This document shows, in pieces, positions 33,174 to 43,663 of a stretch of 64,000 nucleotides of DNA. Each line of letters opens with the position of its first letter. Positions within the stretch are counted from its first letter, which is position 1. Source of the DNA: Bacilli bacterium (GTDB lineage Bacteria > Bacillota_I > Bacilli_A > ML615J-28 > CAG-698). The notes below the pieces were generated by a model that was not told where the DNA came from, did not search any database, and saw nothing but the letters and a program-made list of their open reading frames with translations. Where the stretch lies: assembly GCA_050953065.1 (NCBI GenBank), contig JBMNLZ010000003.1, positions 448,001-512,000 on the forward strand, given 5' to 3'. The position numbers and the translations under genes were made by a program.

Positions 33174-33752
33174 TTATAAACCTTTCTTCTTTATCATTTG
33201 ATAGTTAACAGCAAACAAAGCAAAAACTACTAAAGTAAGTATTATATTAACAAAAATATTTGCTTGGCTAAACAATACAAAAACATTATAAGCAATGATT
33301 GCAATAAAAGCTAAAAAGCTTTTAAAGCGTATCATTCCCAAAACAAAACCTAAAAAACTACTGATTAAAACACTTAATACTAAAAACCAAAAATCAAGTA
33401 GTTTTAAAAATTCCATCTTCTGATAGATTATTAAAACCCAAGTATAATAATACACCAAACCTAAAACTATTACTATAATAATTTCTAAAACAAGTAAAGT
33501 ATATTCAATAAATACTTTTGTTCTAGTAATCCCAATTGATAAACTTTTTTTCAAATACCCATTAAAGATATCAAAAGCACTTATTCCACTAATAATCCCA
33601 AAAAATAAAAAAACATATTTTACAATCATATCAAAAGTAAACCATTTAGAAGAAGTACTACTAATTTCATTTTTAAATAAAGCCATTAAAAATAAAATCG
33701 TCGCTGCTATAATTAGATAATTAAAGAATTTAAATCGTTTCTTTCTTCTCAT
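33174..33752 (-). CDS. ABC-2-type permease-like membrane protein
   Basis: 6 TM helices, SLSIGITRTK motif; ATGA-coupled to the upstream ATPase-like gene. Confidence 0.6.
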   Translation of the reverse strand: MRRKKRFKFFNYLIIAATILFLMALFKNEISSTSSKWFTFDMIVKYVFLFFGIISGISAFDIFNGYLKKSLSIGITRTKVFIEYTLLVLEIIIVIVLGLVYYYTWVLIIYQKMEFLKLLDFWFLVLSVLISSFLGFVLGMIRFKSFLAFIAIIAYNVFVLFSQANIFVNIILTLVVFALFAVNYQMIKKKGL

Positions 33753-34564
33753 AAGTATTCCTCTAACTCATAAAAGTTTAATACTAGACATTTCCCAAGG
33801 CGCTTACATTCTTTAATTTTAAAATTATCTAAATTATAAATTATAGTCTTTCCTTCTTTTTCAAAAAGTCTTTTTGATAAAATCTCCTCATCTGATGGAT
33901 AATCATCTACTACTACAAAATTATCTTTTTTAGGATTAATTATTCTTACATTATTAAAATCATCTAAAATGATTACTTTATCTAACGTATCTTTAAAACA
34001 AGCAATACTATCTAAACAAATAAAACAAATTCCATCTGCATTAATATCAGTAATTGCTTTAGCAATTTCTACTTTTTCTAAAATATTTTCAACATAAATT
34101 GTTGGATTACTAATAATTAACATTTGTTTATCTATCGCATAAGCAAAAGCACAATTTAGAAAGGTATTACCTTTTGGACTAAAGATATATTTATTTTTTA
34201 TTTCACATTCACTTCTTACATCAAATGTATTAATCATATTATCAAATTTAACTACATTAACAACCTTTTTATATCTTTTATAAATATCTTCACTAATTAA
34301 CTTAGCTTTAATGGTATTGATATAATTATCTTTAAAATCTAAATAAACTCTAGATTTAAAATAATCTTTTTGATCAAATAAATCCACATCATTTACAAAA
34401 CAAGTATTATTGTTTTCTTTGATGCCAGTTAATTGATTAATAAAGTTATTAACAACTTCGATAGATTTTGAAAAGATACCCCATCTTTCATCTGGTAAGA
34501 TTTCAAAGTTAAGGATATATTTATCTATTTTTAAATGTTTTATTTTGATTGATTTAACACTCAT
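33749..34564 (-). CDS. Degenerate ABC-ATPase-like protein
   Basis: ABC layout, but Walker A, signature and Walker B are replaced (GIFSKSIEV, FSPKG, LIISNPT). Confidence 0.55.
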   Translation of the reverse strand: MSVKSIKIKHLKIDKYILNFEILPDERWGIFSKSIEVVNNFINQLTGIKENNNTCFVNDVDLFDQKDYFKSRVYLDFKDNYINTIKAKLISEDIYKRYKKVVNVVKFDNMINTFDVRSECEIKNKYIFSPKGNTFLNCAFAYAIDKQMLIISNPTIYVENILEKVEIAKAITDINADGICFICLDSIACFKDTLDKVIILDDFNNVRIINPKKDNFVVVDDYPSDEEILSKRLFEKEGKTIIYNLDNFKIKECKRLGKCLVLNFYELEEYL

Positions 34565-34693
34565 ACTTTTTCCTTAGATTTAAATTTATTAATACTGCTC
34601 TTTATTATACTTCATTTTTTTTAAAAAATAAAGTTTAAAACAAAAAAACACAGGAAGTCTAGTAAGCATAATTTATAACCTATCTTAAAAAAG

Positions 34694-34721
34694 ATAAACA
34701 AGGCTTTTTAGCCTTGTTTAT
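34694..34721 (-). terminator. Intrinsic terminator after the LRR lipoprotein
   Basis: ATAAACAAGGC-ttttta-GCCTTGTTTAT. Confidence 0.7.
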
Positions 34722-34751
34722 AAACTTAAACTTTTTATAAAATTTTAAAAC

Positions 34752-36236
34752 CTAATCTATATGCCCCCAAACAATTGGTCTGTTATCAGGATTAAAAGAA
34801 TCATCCCAAGTAGCAGGCTTACTTTCAGCTTCAGCATAAATTAAAATTACATTACATCCAGAAAATGCATGATAACCTATTTTAGTAATCACTAGAGGCA
34901 ATCTTATCTCTAAAAGACTACTACAACCATTAAAAGCGTTGTCTTCTATTTTATTAGTGTTTACTGCAAGACTAATAGCTGTAAGTTTACTGCATCCTTC
35001 AAAAGTAGAACTTCTTATAATCACAACTCCACTTGGTAAATGGATATATTCTATATTACTACAACCATTAAAAGCATTATTCCCTAAATAACTAAGACTA
35101 CTAGATAGGCTAACATTAAGTAAACTAGTACAATTATTAAAACAAGAATTTCCTATTGAAACAACTGTATTTGGTATTTCTATATCACCTAAACTTACAC
35201 AATTTGAAAAACTACCAACACCTATCATTAAAAGACCTGTTTTAAAAACAACTGTCCTTAAAGATTTGTTTTCCAAAAAAGCAAAATCAGGAATATTGCT
35301 TACTCCATCAGGAATAATAATTTCATCTAAACTCTCACAATATGCAAAACAAGAATCTCCTAAAGATATTAAAGAATTAGACAGTTCAACTGAAATTAAA
35401 TTACTACAACCATTAAAAGCATATTTATCAATTGAAGTAATTGAATCAGGTAAAGCTATTTCTAATAAACTACTACAGCCACTAAAAGCACTTATCCCAA
35501 TTGCTTTAATACTAGACTCATCTTGAAAAGAAACTGTTTTTAAGTTAGAAGCATTGAAGAATAACTTACTTGGGAGTTCTTCTAAACTATTAGAAAGAGT
35601 TATACTTTCTAATAGTTTATTTTCTTTAAAAGATTCAGCTAATATTTGATTAACTGTTTTATCATCAATTTTATTAGGAATTACAATTTCAGTTAAATTA
35701 TTATCAATCAGTCCATATATACAAAGTGTCTGATCTTTTTTTAACGCTACTTTAAAAGTATCGTTTTCAACAAAACTTTTAAAGTCTACTAAAAGTGGTC
35801 TAGTACAAGAATTAAAATTAGTATCCCAAGTATTAGGTATCTTAAAGTTTTCTACAAAAATTTTTAAATTACTACAATTAAAAAAAGCATTAGCACCAAT
35901 TACATTAACTGTTTCTGGAATAATAATTTCTTCAATTTCTTTACAACCAGAAAAGCAAGATTCACCAATTTCAATTAAATTCTTATTTAAGATGACTTCT
36001 TTAATATTTAAATTATCTTTAAAAACAGCATCGTTTATTTTTACTACATCTAAATCTTCAAGTTTTTCAGGTATTACTACTTTTTCTTCATTTCCTTCAT
36101 ATGATGTTATATGAACAGTCTCTTCTATAATTTCATATTTAAAAAGACTTTCAACTTCTTCTTTTTTAGCACATCCGCTAAGAAGTAGTAATAAAATGAC
36201 TATCATGAATGTTTTAATCTTCATAAGATACCACAC
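34752..36236 (-). CDS. BspA-type LRR surface lipoprotein
   Basis: Lipobox LLSGC; repeated IxLPxSxxxIGxxAFxxCxxL. Confidence 0.9.
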   Translation of the reverse strand: MWYLMKIKTFMIVILLLLLSGCAKKEEVESLFKYEIIEETVHITSYEGNEEKVVIPEKLEDLDVVKINDAVFKDNLNIKEVILNKNLIEIGESCFSGCKEIEEIIIPETVNVIGANAFFNCSNLKIFVENFKIPNTWDTNFNSCTRPLLVDFKSFVENDTFKVALKKDQTLCIYGLIDNNLTEIVIPNKIDDKTVNQILAESFKENKLLESITLSNSLEELPSKLFFNASNLKTVSFQDESSIKAIGISAFSGCSSLLEIALPDSITSIDKYAFNGCSNLISVELSNSLISLGDSCFAYCESLDEIIIPDGVSNIPDFAFLENKSLRTVVFKTGLLMIGVGSFSNCVSLGDIEIPNTVVSIGNSCFNNCTSLLNVSLSSSLSYLGNNAFNGCSNIEYIHLPSGVVIIRSSTFEGCSKLTAISLAVNTNKIEDNAFNGCSSLLEIRLPLVITKIGYHAFSGCNVILIYAEAESKPATWDDSFNPDNRPIVWGHID

Positions 36237-36292
36237 TCCTCTTACTATAATTATACCATATAAACCAAAAAAATTAAATTTCTTTAAAAATA

Positions 36293-36326
36293 AAAAATCC
36301 TAAGACTTTTGAGTTTTAGGATTTTT
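36293..36326 (-). terminator. Intrinsic terminator
   Basis: AAAAATCCTAAGACT-tttg-AGTTTTAGGATTTTT near-perfect stem. Confidence 0.6.
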
Positions 36327-36332
36327 ACTTAA

Positions 36333-36656
36333 TTACTGCAAATTGTATTTGTTAGTAAGGTCTCTTAATTTTTTGTCATAAGATTCAGCTTTTTCTTGAG
36401 GAATTGCATAAAATTTTTTAGGAACTAATTTTATATTGCTTGCAAATTCTTTAGCTACTTTAACAAATTCTAACAAATCTTTATCATCTGATTTAACTGT
36501 TAAAGAAGATAATTCATCAACTGCTTTAACAACTTTATCATATTCACGCTCATCAATTATTTGAGCATCATCACCATCTATATATCTATAAGATTCAGTT
36601 GCTGAAACGATATAAGCTATTAGATTTTCTATTTCTAGACTTAATTTTTTTTCCAT
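36333..36656 (-). CDS. Hypothetical protein
   Basis: 107-aa ORF, AAGGA RBS, host-like codon usage. Confidence 0.7.
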   Translation of the reverse strand: MEKKLSLEIENLIAYIVSATESYRYIDGDDAQIIDEREYDKVVKAVDELSSLTVKSDDKDLLEFVKVAKEFASNIKLVPKKFYAIPQEKAESYDKKLRDLTNKYNLQ

Positions 36657-36687
36657 ATTTTTTTCCTTTCTTTTTTATTTTTATTTT

Positions 36688-37080
36688 TTAACCATTAGTG
36701 ATTACTTTAAATCCACTTTTAAAACTAATATTAAAATTATCTACTGTTACTTCATCTTCATCAAGAACATCAACATAATGGCAACCAATACCATCTGGTC
36801 TAATCTGAAAACGATCATCATTTAATACTTGGTTGATATCAATAATTGCAATTGCCCCAGTATCAGTCGCAATCCCATCAAAAAAACCATCGCCTTCTGC
36901 TGTTCTTGTAACATAGATTGTAATATGATCAATAACTAATTTATGAAAACTATTCATATCTGAATAAAATGAATCCCAAAGTTTTTCAATAAACTTATCA
37001 CCTGCAGGTGTTTTTTTTATCAGATATCCTGGGTCTCCAACAAAATACCTTCCTTTTTTAAGTTGATAACTTCTAACCAT
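36688..37080 (-). CDS. Hypothetical protein (YFVGDP / TAEGDG / DTGAI motifs)
   Basis: Conserved-looking GDP, GDG and DxG motifs; follows the nuclease gene. Confidence 0.65.
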   Translation of the reverse strand: MVRSYQLKKGRYFVGDPGYLIKKTPAGDKFIEKLWDSFYSDMNSFHKLVIDHITIYVTRTAEGDGFFDGIATDTGAIAIIDINQVLNDDRFQIRPDGIGCHYVDVLDEDEVTVDNFNISFKSGFKVITNG

Positions 37081-37084
37081 CTTC

Positions 37085-38134
37085 TCAACACCAAAGTTTT
37101 TCTCTAAAATCAATTAAAGCTATGACTGGTTCTACTGAAGCTGATGAATCAGTTTCTTCTACTAAAGTCAGGTCAGTTATTGTTTTATCTTCCCAAATTA
37201 AATGGACATATTCTGGTTTGTCAATGAAAGGGGTTCTATTACCTTGAGCTTCATAAATAACTTGATTTCTATTTCTTTCAAATTCATCAACAGGGTCTTC
37301 TTTATGCCATTTTAATAAAACAGTCAATTCACCCATTTTAGCTCCTGCAGGAGTATAGTGATTTGATTCATCTTCTAAACCAACATCTGTTAAAGTTAAA
37401 ATATCTTTATACATTATAGCCATATAAAAGATAATTCTTGCTACATCTCCTTTATGAGCATCACCTGGATAATATCCACCATTTGAAACAGTCTGACATT
37501 CACCAGTTGCATCTGAATACCACCTATCACTTCTACTGCTGTTTACCCTAGGTGTAATAGCACGTAGATTGTGAAGGTCACTTGCTTGATTTCTACCAGA
37601 TTCAGTAACTCTCGCCATTCCTAAGCGAGCATTTGGCCACACATGCTCTCTATGCCATGAAGTAGAATCCCACGTTGCATTAACTAACGCTCCATCATAA
37701 ACATTCATTACTTTTGTACTATCAGTTAAACTGATATCAGCTGCTGCTAAATGAGTTTTAGCTTCTGCATAAGAAGTAGGACTAAAGTTTTCATTTAGAA
37801 TCTGATTTAATTTATCAACTAATGTAGTTCCAACTAAATCATTAGCACTATAATAATAATCAGCCTCATCAGTTGATGGTGTATAATAATAAAACCCAAA
37901 TGAATTTTGAGAAGAACTATAAGTTGGATTATCAATTGAATCTTGCTTTTGATTAAACAAATTTTCAAAAGCTTCTGGATACAATACATATGTAACTGCA
38001 ACGCCTATGATTAAGACAATCGCAACTACAAACGTTAATATTTTATATGCTTTAGTTTTTTGAAATTTTTTAACTTCTTTTTTTACTTGCTTTTCAACTT
38101 TCTTTTCAGTAGTTGTTTTTTTTGTTTTCGCCAT
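37085..38134 (-). CDS. Membrane-anchored extracellular endonuclease I-family nuclease
   Basis: N-terminal TM; WHREHVWP, DLHNL, VNSSRS, KGDVARIIFYM, WHKEDPVD, RN, QGNR. Confidence 0.9.
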   Translation of the reverse strand: MAKTKKTTTEKKVEKQVKKEVKKFQKTKAYKILTFVVAIVLIIGVAVTYVLYPEAFENLFNQKQDSIDNPTYSSSQNSFGFYYYTPSTDEADYYYSANDLVGTTLVDKLNQILNENFSPTSYAEAKTHLAAADISLTDSTKVMNVYDGALVNATWDSTSWHREHVWPNARLGMARVTESGRNQASDLHNLRAITPRVNSSRSDRWYSDATGECQTVSNGGYYPGDAHKGDVARIIFYMAIMYKDILTLTDVGLEDESNHYTPAGAKMGELTVLLKWHKEDPVDEFERNRNQVIYEAQGNRTPFIDKPEYVHLIWEDKTITDLTLVEETDSSASVEPVIALIDFREKLWC

Positions 38135-38199
38135 TTTACCTCCTTTTTTAAATTTACCTTATTTATTAAAGACTAAATCTTTTTACTTATTAAATTTTC

Positions 38200-39393
38200 T
38201 TATGAAGCAGGAGCTTCTGGTTGAGCTGCAAATTCAGTTTCTAAAGCAACACCAAAACTTAATTTAATATTTGGAATAGCTTTTAAGTAAGCATCTCTAG
38301 AAGCTGCATCAGCTCTTTCCATCCAAATTCTTACAGTCATAACTTGACTAGCACTATGAGCAGTACCTAATACTACAGGTAATAAAGGCGTTGCTTGAAT
38401 AGCATCACCAGCTAAATCACCATTTATTACTCTTAAAACATTATATAGATTGCTTCCCCCACCACTTGCTTTTGTATAACCTATAACACCATTAGCACTT
38501 GGATAACTATCAGTAGGTTTAATAAATAAAATATCTCCTTTATTTGGTGCATTGCTAACTACTGTTGCATGAGGTGCCCATATTCCAATTATTTTATCAC
38601 AAGTAGCGTTTAAAAAGGCAACTCTAACAAAAGGAATTGTTGCAGTAGCACCTTCTTCACCAACTTCTGTAATAGTTGAAGCCCCTTTTAAATAAACATA
38701 CTTTACAGTAGTATCAGTTGAATCGCCATTATAACCAGTAAAATAAAGTTTAAATTGAATGTAGTTAAAACTTCCATCCACTCCAGCTGTATAAGTAGGA
38801 GCATCTTTACCAGTTATTCTATAAAAAGTAATCCCATCTCCAGAAATATTAGCTAACTTAGCATTATTAATAGCTGGATCAACAAAGTTACCACCTTTTG
38901 AAAAATTAGCATTAGAAACATAATCATTAAAACCAGTAGGCATCGCTGTATTTGCTTTTGAAGTTGCAAACACCTTCAAAGTCCCTACAGTATCAGCTTG
39001 GATTTGAGCACCTGAAGGAGTTAGAGCTTCTGTTACTGTAACATTAACAACTGCACTAATTTCAGTCCCTGAAATTTTAATTGTTAACTCACCAGTCCCA
39101 GCACTAACACCTGTCACTTTTCCCGTTTGATCAACTGTAAAAACATTCGGATTTGAGGATGTATAAACAAGAGCATTTTCACTTCCAGAAACTGTTGGCG
39201 TAACCGTTACAGTTTCACCCTCTACTACTTGAATATCTTTATCTTTAACATTAAGTGTAGCATTAAATGAAAAATTAACATTTTTACAACCAACCAACAC
39301 AATACCTAATATTAACAACATTAACATTTTATAAAAATTAGATCTTTTTGTTTTGCTTTCTTTTTTTAAAACTTTCAAATTCTCTTTAATCAT
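38200..39393 (-). CDS. Lipoprotein with Big_2 Ig-like domain
   Basis: Lipobox LVGC; YTSSNPNVFTVDQTGKVTGVSAG. Confidence 0.8.
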   Translation of the reverse strand: MIKENLKVLKKESKTKRSNFYKMLMLLILGIVLVGCKNVNFSFNATLNVKDKDIQVVEGETVTVTPTVSGSENALVYTSSNPNVFTVDQTGKVTGVSAGTGELTIKISGTEISAVVNVTVTEALTPSGAQIQADTVGTLKVFATSKANTAMPTGFNDYVSNANFSKGGNFVDPAINNAKLANISGDGITFYRITGKDAPTYTAGVDGSFNYIQFKLYFTGYNGDSTDTTVKYVYLKGASTITEVGEEGATATIPFVRVAFLNATCDKIIGIWAPHATVVSNAPNKGDILFIKPTDSYPSANGVIGYTKASGGGSNLYNVLRVINGDLAGDAIQATPLLPVVLGTAHSASQVMTVRIWMERADAASRDAYLKAIPNIKLSFGVALETEFAAQPEAPAS

Positions 39394-39547
39394 TATTTTC
39401 CCCCTTTTTTATTTACGTTAGCATTATATCAAAGATTCCCTCTTTTTTCAATACGATACTATGTTTTATAAAAAAAACTTTTTTTATCACTTTTATTTTA
39501 TATATTTTTCATTTTTTTCCAAAATTTTGGAAAAAACAGTTAAATTG

Positions 39548-40441
39548 CTAAAATTTTTTTCTTCTAACTTTTCCTTTAAAAATATTTTTTTTATATTTAG
39601 GATTATAATTAGTCTCACGAACCTTTCTTCTTTCAACTTCTCTATAATATTTTTCTTCAAGACTGTGTTCCCTAAGATATTTTTTTCCTTTAACTCTTAG
39701 ATATACATCTCTACTATTTCTAGCCTTTAATTCTAAAAATCTTTTGTTTCCAATTTTTTTAATATCTAATACTACATTTAAATGTTGATGTTTAACTCTA
39801 GGAATTTCTCTTGCAATTCCTGCTGCTTCTTTTTTTGTTTTAGCTTCTATTGGAAAAGCAATTGGAATATACCAAGCTTTCCCAACGTGCCCACACTTAC
39901 AAATTACTTCAAATTTATAATTACCGTTTTCATCAGCAATGATTGGATCATCTTCTATTTCTTCTTTGATTTTAATAATGTTAGCTTTTATATTATCTAA
40001 ATTATCGTAATCTCTATAAACTATTATAGTTTGGTTTTCTTTAAAGTTTAAAAAAGCATTTTCTTTAATATCGATTACTTCTTTTGGAATTTCTAAATTT
40101 TCTAGATTAGTACAATTCATAAAAGCTTCTTCAGAAATTGAAACAATTGATTTAGGAATATTAATCTGTTTTAAAGAAGTACAGTTTTTAAAACAAGCTT
40201 TTGGAATAATTGTTAGTTTTGAATCTTGAACAAATCTAACTTCTTTTAATTCTTTACAAGATTCAAAGCTTTCTTGTTCTATCTTTTGTAGGTTTTTATT
40301 AAAAGATATTTTACGCAAATTATTATCACATCTAAAGGCTGTTTGTTTGATTGACATAATTGAAGCAGGAAGACTTAATTTTCTTTCATTCTTATGAGCA
40401 ATTTCTTTTTTAGAAATTAACTCCGTTATAATTTCTTTCAT
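39548..40441 (-). CDS. Cytoplasmic LRR protein with basic C-terminal domain (CKCGHVG)
   Basis: About 5 BspA-type LRRs, no signal peptide, basic C-terminus. Confidence 0.75.
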   Translation of the reverse strand: MKEIITELISKKEIAHKNERKLSLPASIMSIKQTAFRCDNNLRKISFNKNLQKIEQESFESCKELKEVRFVQDSKLTIIPKACFKNCTSLKQINIPKSIVSISEEAFMNCTNLENLEIPKEVIDIKENAFLNFKENQTIIVYRDYDNLDNIKANIIKIKEEIEDDPIIADENGNYKFEVICKCGHVGKAWYIPIAFPIEAKTKKEAAGIAREIPRVKHQHLNVVLDIKKIGNKRFLELKARNSRDVYLRVKGKKYLREHSLEEKYYREVERRKVRETNYNPKYKKNIFKGKVRRKKF

Positions 40442-40461
40442 AATATTTCACCACTCTTAAA

Positions 40462-40498
40462 ATAAAAGCTCTTAAAGCAATAGTTTAAGAGCTTTTAT
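40462..40498 (-). terminator. Intrinsic terminator
   Basis: ATAAAAGCTCTTAAA-gcaatag-TTTAAGAGCTTTTAT. Confidence 0.7.
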
Positions 40499-40519
40499 GT
40501 TTTTTTATTTTATCTTATT

Positions 40520-43500
40520 TTATCTAGGAGTTACTACTAATATTGCATTACCATCACTTCTCATAGCTCCACCTGCTATAGTATTGACAGTTTTAAATGC
40601 ACTTGTAGAACCATATGTAGTACCTGTTCTAACAATCATTGTAGTAGATCCACCACCATCTAAGTTGTAAGCATCAACACAATAATAATATGCCATAATA
40701 GCTTGCATTGCTTCAACTCCAACTCCATATCTATCTGGTTCTGCTCTACCACCTACTGTTACCATTACAACAGTACCATCAGCTTTTTGACCAATTAAAG
40801 TTCTTGGATGACGTTGACCTAAGTCAGATCTTGATGCAATACATTCTGCAGGATCAACTATTGCATTATTTAAAATAAAGCCTCTAGTTCCACCTGTTGC
40901 ATTCTTAATATTAGCAAATTCACCAGTATAGCTATATTGAACTCTAATTGTTGTTCCGCTTGCTAAAGCTGCATTTACTGTTTCGTTGTTGCTTACTATA
41001 GAGAATTGACCTCTTCCTAAAGTAGTAGTTTTTGCAGTACTACTAATAGCACCTTTTCCATAGAAATCATCAGCACTATTTGCTAGAACTAAATCACCAT
41101 TGCCAACTGTATAAACATTAGCAGATCCTCCATCTAAATTAACTGGAACAATTTGTTTATCTGAATTCCATAATGCAAAGTATACACTTACCTCACCTGC
41201 ACCAGGAGTTTGATTGCTCTTATTAACTGTAAATGTATTAGTCACTACTCCACTTGAATTATAAACTGATAAACTTAAAGCTCTTACTGGAGTACCAGCT
41301 ATAATTGCATTTGTTGTTCCATCATTAGTAAAGCCGATTGTTTTATAAGCAGTCGTATTACCTACTGTTGTTTTATAGTTTTCACCTTCACATACTGTTG
41401 CTCCTGTTGTTTGATATGGTAGGTTTCCATAAGCATTAATATCAAAGAAATCTGCATTGATTGCTGCAATTACTTTCATTGTTGGATTCTTTGACTCATA
41501 ATCTGCGGCTAAAACTGGTACAGTTGCAAGTTGCCATCCCCAGTTATTAGGTTTAGCTCGCCATACAATCATTTTTGCTTGCTGAGAATTATCAACATGC
41601 ATTACTGATACTTCTTGATTATGCATAGTACTTGAGCCTGGATCTTTTGTTTGACCTAAGTATTTAGCAACATGTACTCCATAACCTAGATTATGGACTG
41701 CAACAGTTTGACTAGGTACCCATGAACTTTGAGTAGCAAGAGGTGCACCACCATCTCCTTCTACTGTCATTATCATAGTTCCTGACCCTTGTGTTGGATG
41801 TGTTACAGTAACTGTAGTATAACCTACCGCTAAAGCACTTATAACACCACTACTTGAAACATTAATAATTCCTGCTGGATTACATGTAAAACTACATTCG
41901 CTATTAGAAATAGCTGTAGATTGATAATTTGTGATATTAAATTGATATGTATTAGATGTACCTAATTTCATAAAACCATTTGGACTAGCTGCTACATTTA
42001 AGACACCAGGTATTGCCATTGGTTCAATAATATTTAAGACTGTCATCCCAGAACCATGCGTTGGATGAGTTGCTGTAATAATTGCAAAACCTACACCTTT
42101 AGCTGAAATTGTTCCATATGAAGAAACTGTAGCAACGTTAGAATTGCTTGTTGTAAATGTACATTCAAGTCTAGAAACAATTCCACCACCTGCTTTATCT
42201 ACATAGAATTGATGTCCTGAATCGTTAACTTCAATCATAGTTGTTGAAGAAGGTCTTAAAATAATTCCTTTTGTAGTAGTATCAGCAACTACAGTAACTG
42301 TTGTTGAAGCTGAAACGTTTGTATTTTCAACACTAGTAGCAGTAACTGTTGCGCTTCCTGCTGCAACACCTGTAACTTTACCTGTTTGATCAACTGTAGC
42401 ATAGTTTGAAGCACTACTATTCCATGTTAGAGATGTATCAGTTAAATTTCTAGTTAATTTCTCCAGTGTAACAATTTGTCCTGCTACGATTGTAATGCTT
42501 GCAGGATGTACTACAACTTTTGGTGCAGTTGGATTTTCAATAACTGTAACATTACATGTTGCTTTTAATGATGTATTAGCTACACTTGTAGCTGTAATAA
42601 CAGCAGACCCGCTTGCAACAGCAGTTACTTTACCATTAGCATCAACTGTAGCCTTAGCCTCAGCATTTGATGACCATGTTACTGCTTGATTTTCAAGATT
42701 AGTTATTGTTGCAATTAGTGTTGCTGTCTTTCCTTCTTCAACTATTATAGAAGTCTCTGAAAGAGTAATTGTTGGCGTTGCAACTGCTGCTCTTACTGTA
42801 ACACTAACTGTTGCTGTAATTGATGCATTTTCTTTATATGTAACTGTAATTGTTGCACTTCCTTCTGCAACAGCAGTTACTTTACCATTTGCATCAACTG
42901 TTGCAACACTAGTATTACTACTTGTAAAATAAAACAAATTATTTGTAACTGCAATATTTCCAACAACTGTAATTGTTGCAGTAGCATTAACATCTAATTC
43001 TGAATTGGCTAATGTAGCTGTAATAGAATTTAGTGTTTCAAGAGAGGAAATAACTGTAACTTCTACTGTAGCCTTAATTGAAGGATTTTGCTTATATGTA
43101 ACTGTAATAGTTGCAGTTCCTGGTCCTATAGCTTTAATCTTTCCTGTAGCATAAGCTGATACAATATTTTGATTGCTACTTGAAAAATTAAACAAATCAT
43201 TAGTAACAGCAATGTTACCACTTACTGCTAAAATAACTTCTCCATTAAGTCCAAATTCTACCTCATTTGGACTAACCGTAATTGAAGTTAATACAGGATT
43301 TGGATTATCTGTAGCTTCAGTTACTGTAACTGGTATTTTTATAGAAATATCTGTTGCTTTAATACTGACTGTTAATTCAGCCTCACCTACTGCAACACCT
43401 GAAATAAAGCCATTTTCTACTGTAAAGATATTTACATTAGAAGATGTAAAAACTATAACTTCTCCTCCTGCAGCATTTAATAATTTAGGTTTAATTTGAT

Positions 43501-43633
43501 AAATTTCACCCACCTCAACTGTAACTGTTGTTTCAGTAATTGAAAGCTCAACACGTTTGTTAGTCGTTTGCTTACAACCTACTAAAAAAACACCCATTAA
43601 AAATAAAAATAAAACAATTCCAAATTTTCTCAT
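40520..43633 (-). CDS. Lipoprotein with ~7 Big_2 domains and C-terminal phosphodiester glycosidase (NAGPA-like) domain
   Basis: Lipobox LVGC; SSNxxVATVDxxGKVTAV repeats; AAINADFF, HPRTLIG, YNLDGGGST. Confidence 0.88.
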   Translation of the reverse strand: MRKFGIVLFLFLMGVFLVGCKQTTNKRVELSITETTVTVEVGEIYQIKPKLLNAAGGEVIVFTSSNVNIFTVENGFISGVAVGEAELTVSIKATDISIKIPVTVTEATDNPNPVLTSITVSPNEVEFGLNGEVILAVSGNIAVTNDLFNFSSSNQNIVSAYATGKIKAIGPGTATITVTYKQNPSIKATVEVTVISSLETLNSITATLANSELDVNATATITVVGNIAVTNNLFYFTSSNTSVATVDANGKVTAVAEGSATITVTYKENASITATVSVTVRAAVATPTITLSETSIIVEEGKTATLIATITNLENQAVTWSSNAEAKATVDANGKVTAVASGSAVITATSVANTSLKATCNVTVIENPTAPKVVVHPASITIVAGQIVTLEKLTRNLTDTSLTWNSSASNYATVDQTGKVTGVAAGSATVTATSVENTNVSASTTVTVVADTTTKGIILRPSSTTMIEVNDSGHQFYVDKAGGGIVSRLECTFTTSNSNVATVSSYGTISAKGVGFAIITATHPTHGSGMTVLNIIEPMAIPGVLNVAASPNGFMKLGTSNTYQFNITNYQSTAISNSECSFTCNPAGIINVSSSGVISALAVGYTTVTVTHPTQGSGTMIMTVEGDGGAPLATQSSWVPSQTVAVHNLGYGVHVAKYLGQTKDPGSSTMHNQEVSVMHVDNSQQAKMIVWRAKPNNWGWQLATVPVLAADYESKNPTMKVIAAINADFFDINAYGNLPYQTTGATVCEGENYKTTVGNTTAYKTIGFTNDGTTNAIIAGTPVRALSLSVYNSSGVVTNTFTVNKSNQTPGAGEVSVYFALWNSDKQIVPVNLDGGSANVYTVGNGDLVLANSADDFYGKGAISSTAKTTTLGRGQFSIVSNNETVNAALASGTTIRVQYSYTGEFANIKNATGGTRGFILNNAIVDPAECIASRSDLGQRHPRTLIGQKADGTVVMVTVGGRAEPDRYGVGVEAMQAIMAYYYCVDAYNLDGGGSTTMIVRTGTTYGSTSAFKTVNTIAGGAMRSDGNAILVVTPR

Positions 43634-43663
43634 ACGTTTCTCCTTTTAAATTATTAATCTATA

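Noticed and set aside
42300-43200. Near-identical DNA stretches (e.g. gcaacagcagttactttaccatt twice)
   Set aside because: Explained by tandem Big_2 domain duplication within the CDS
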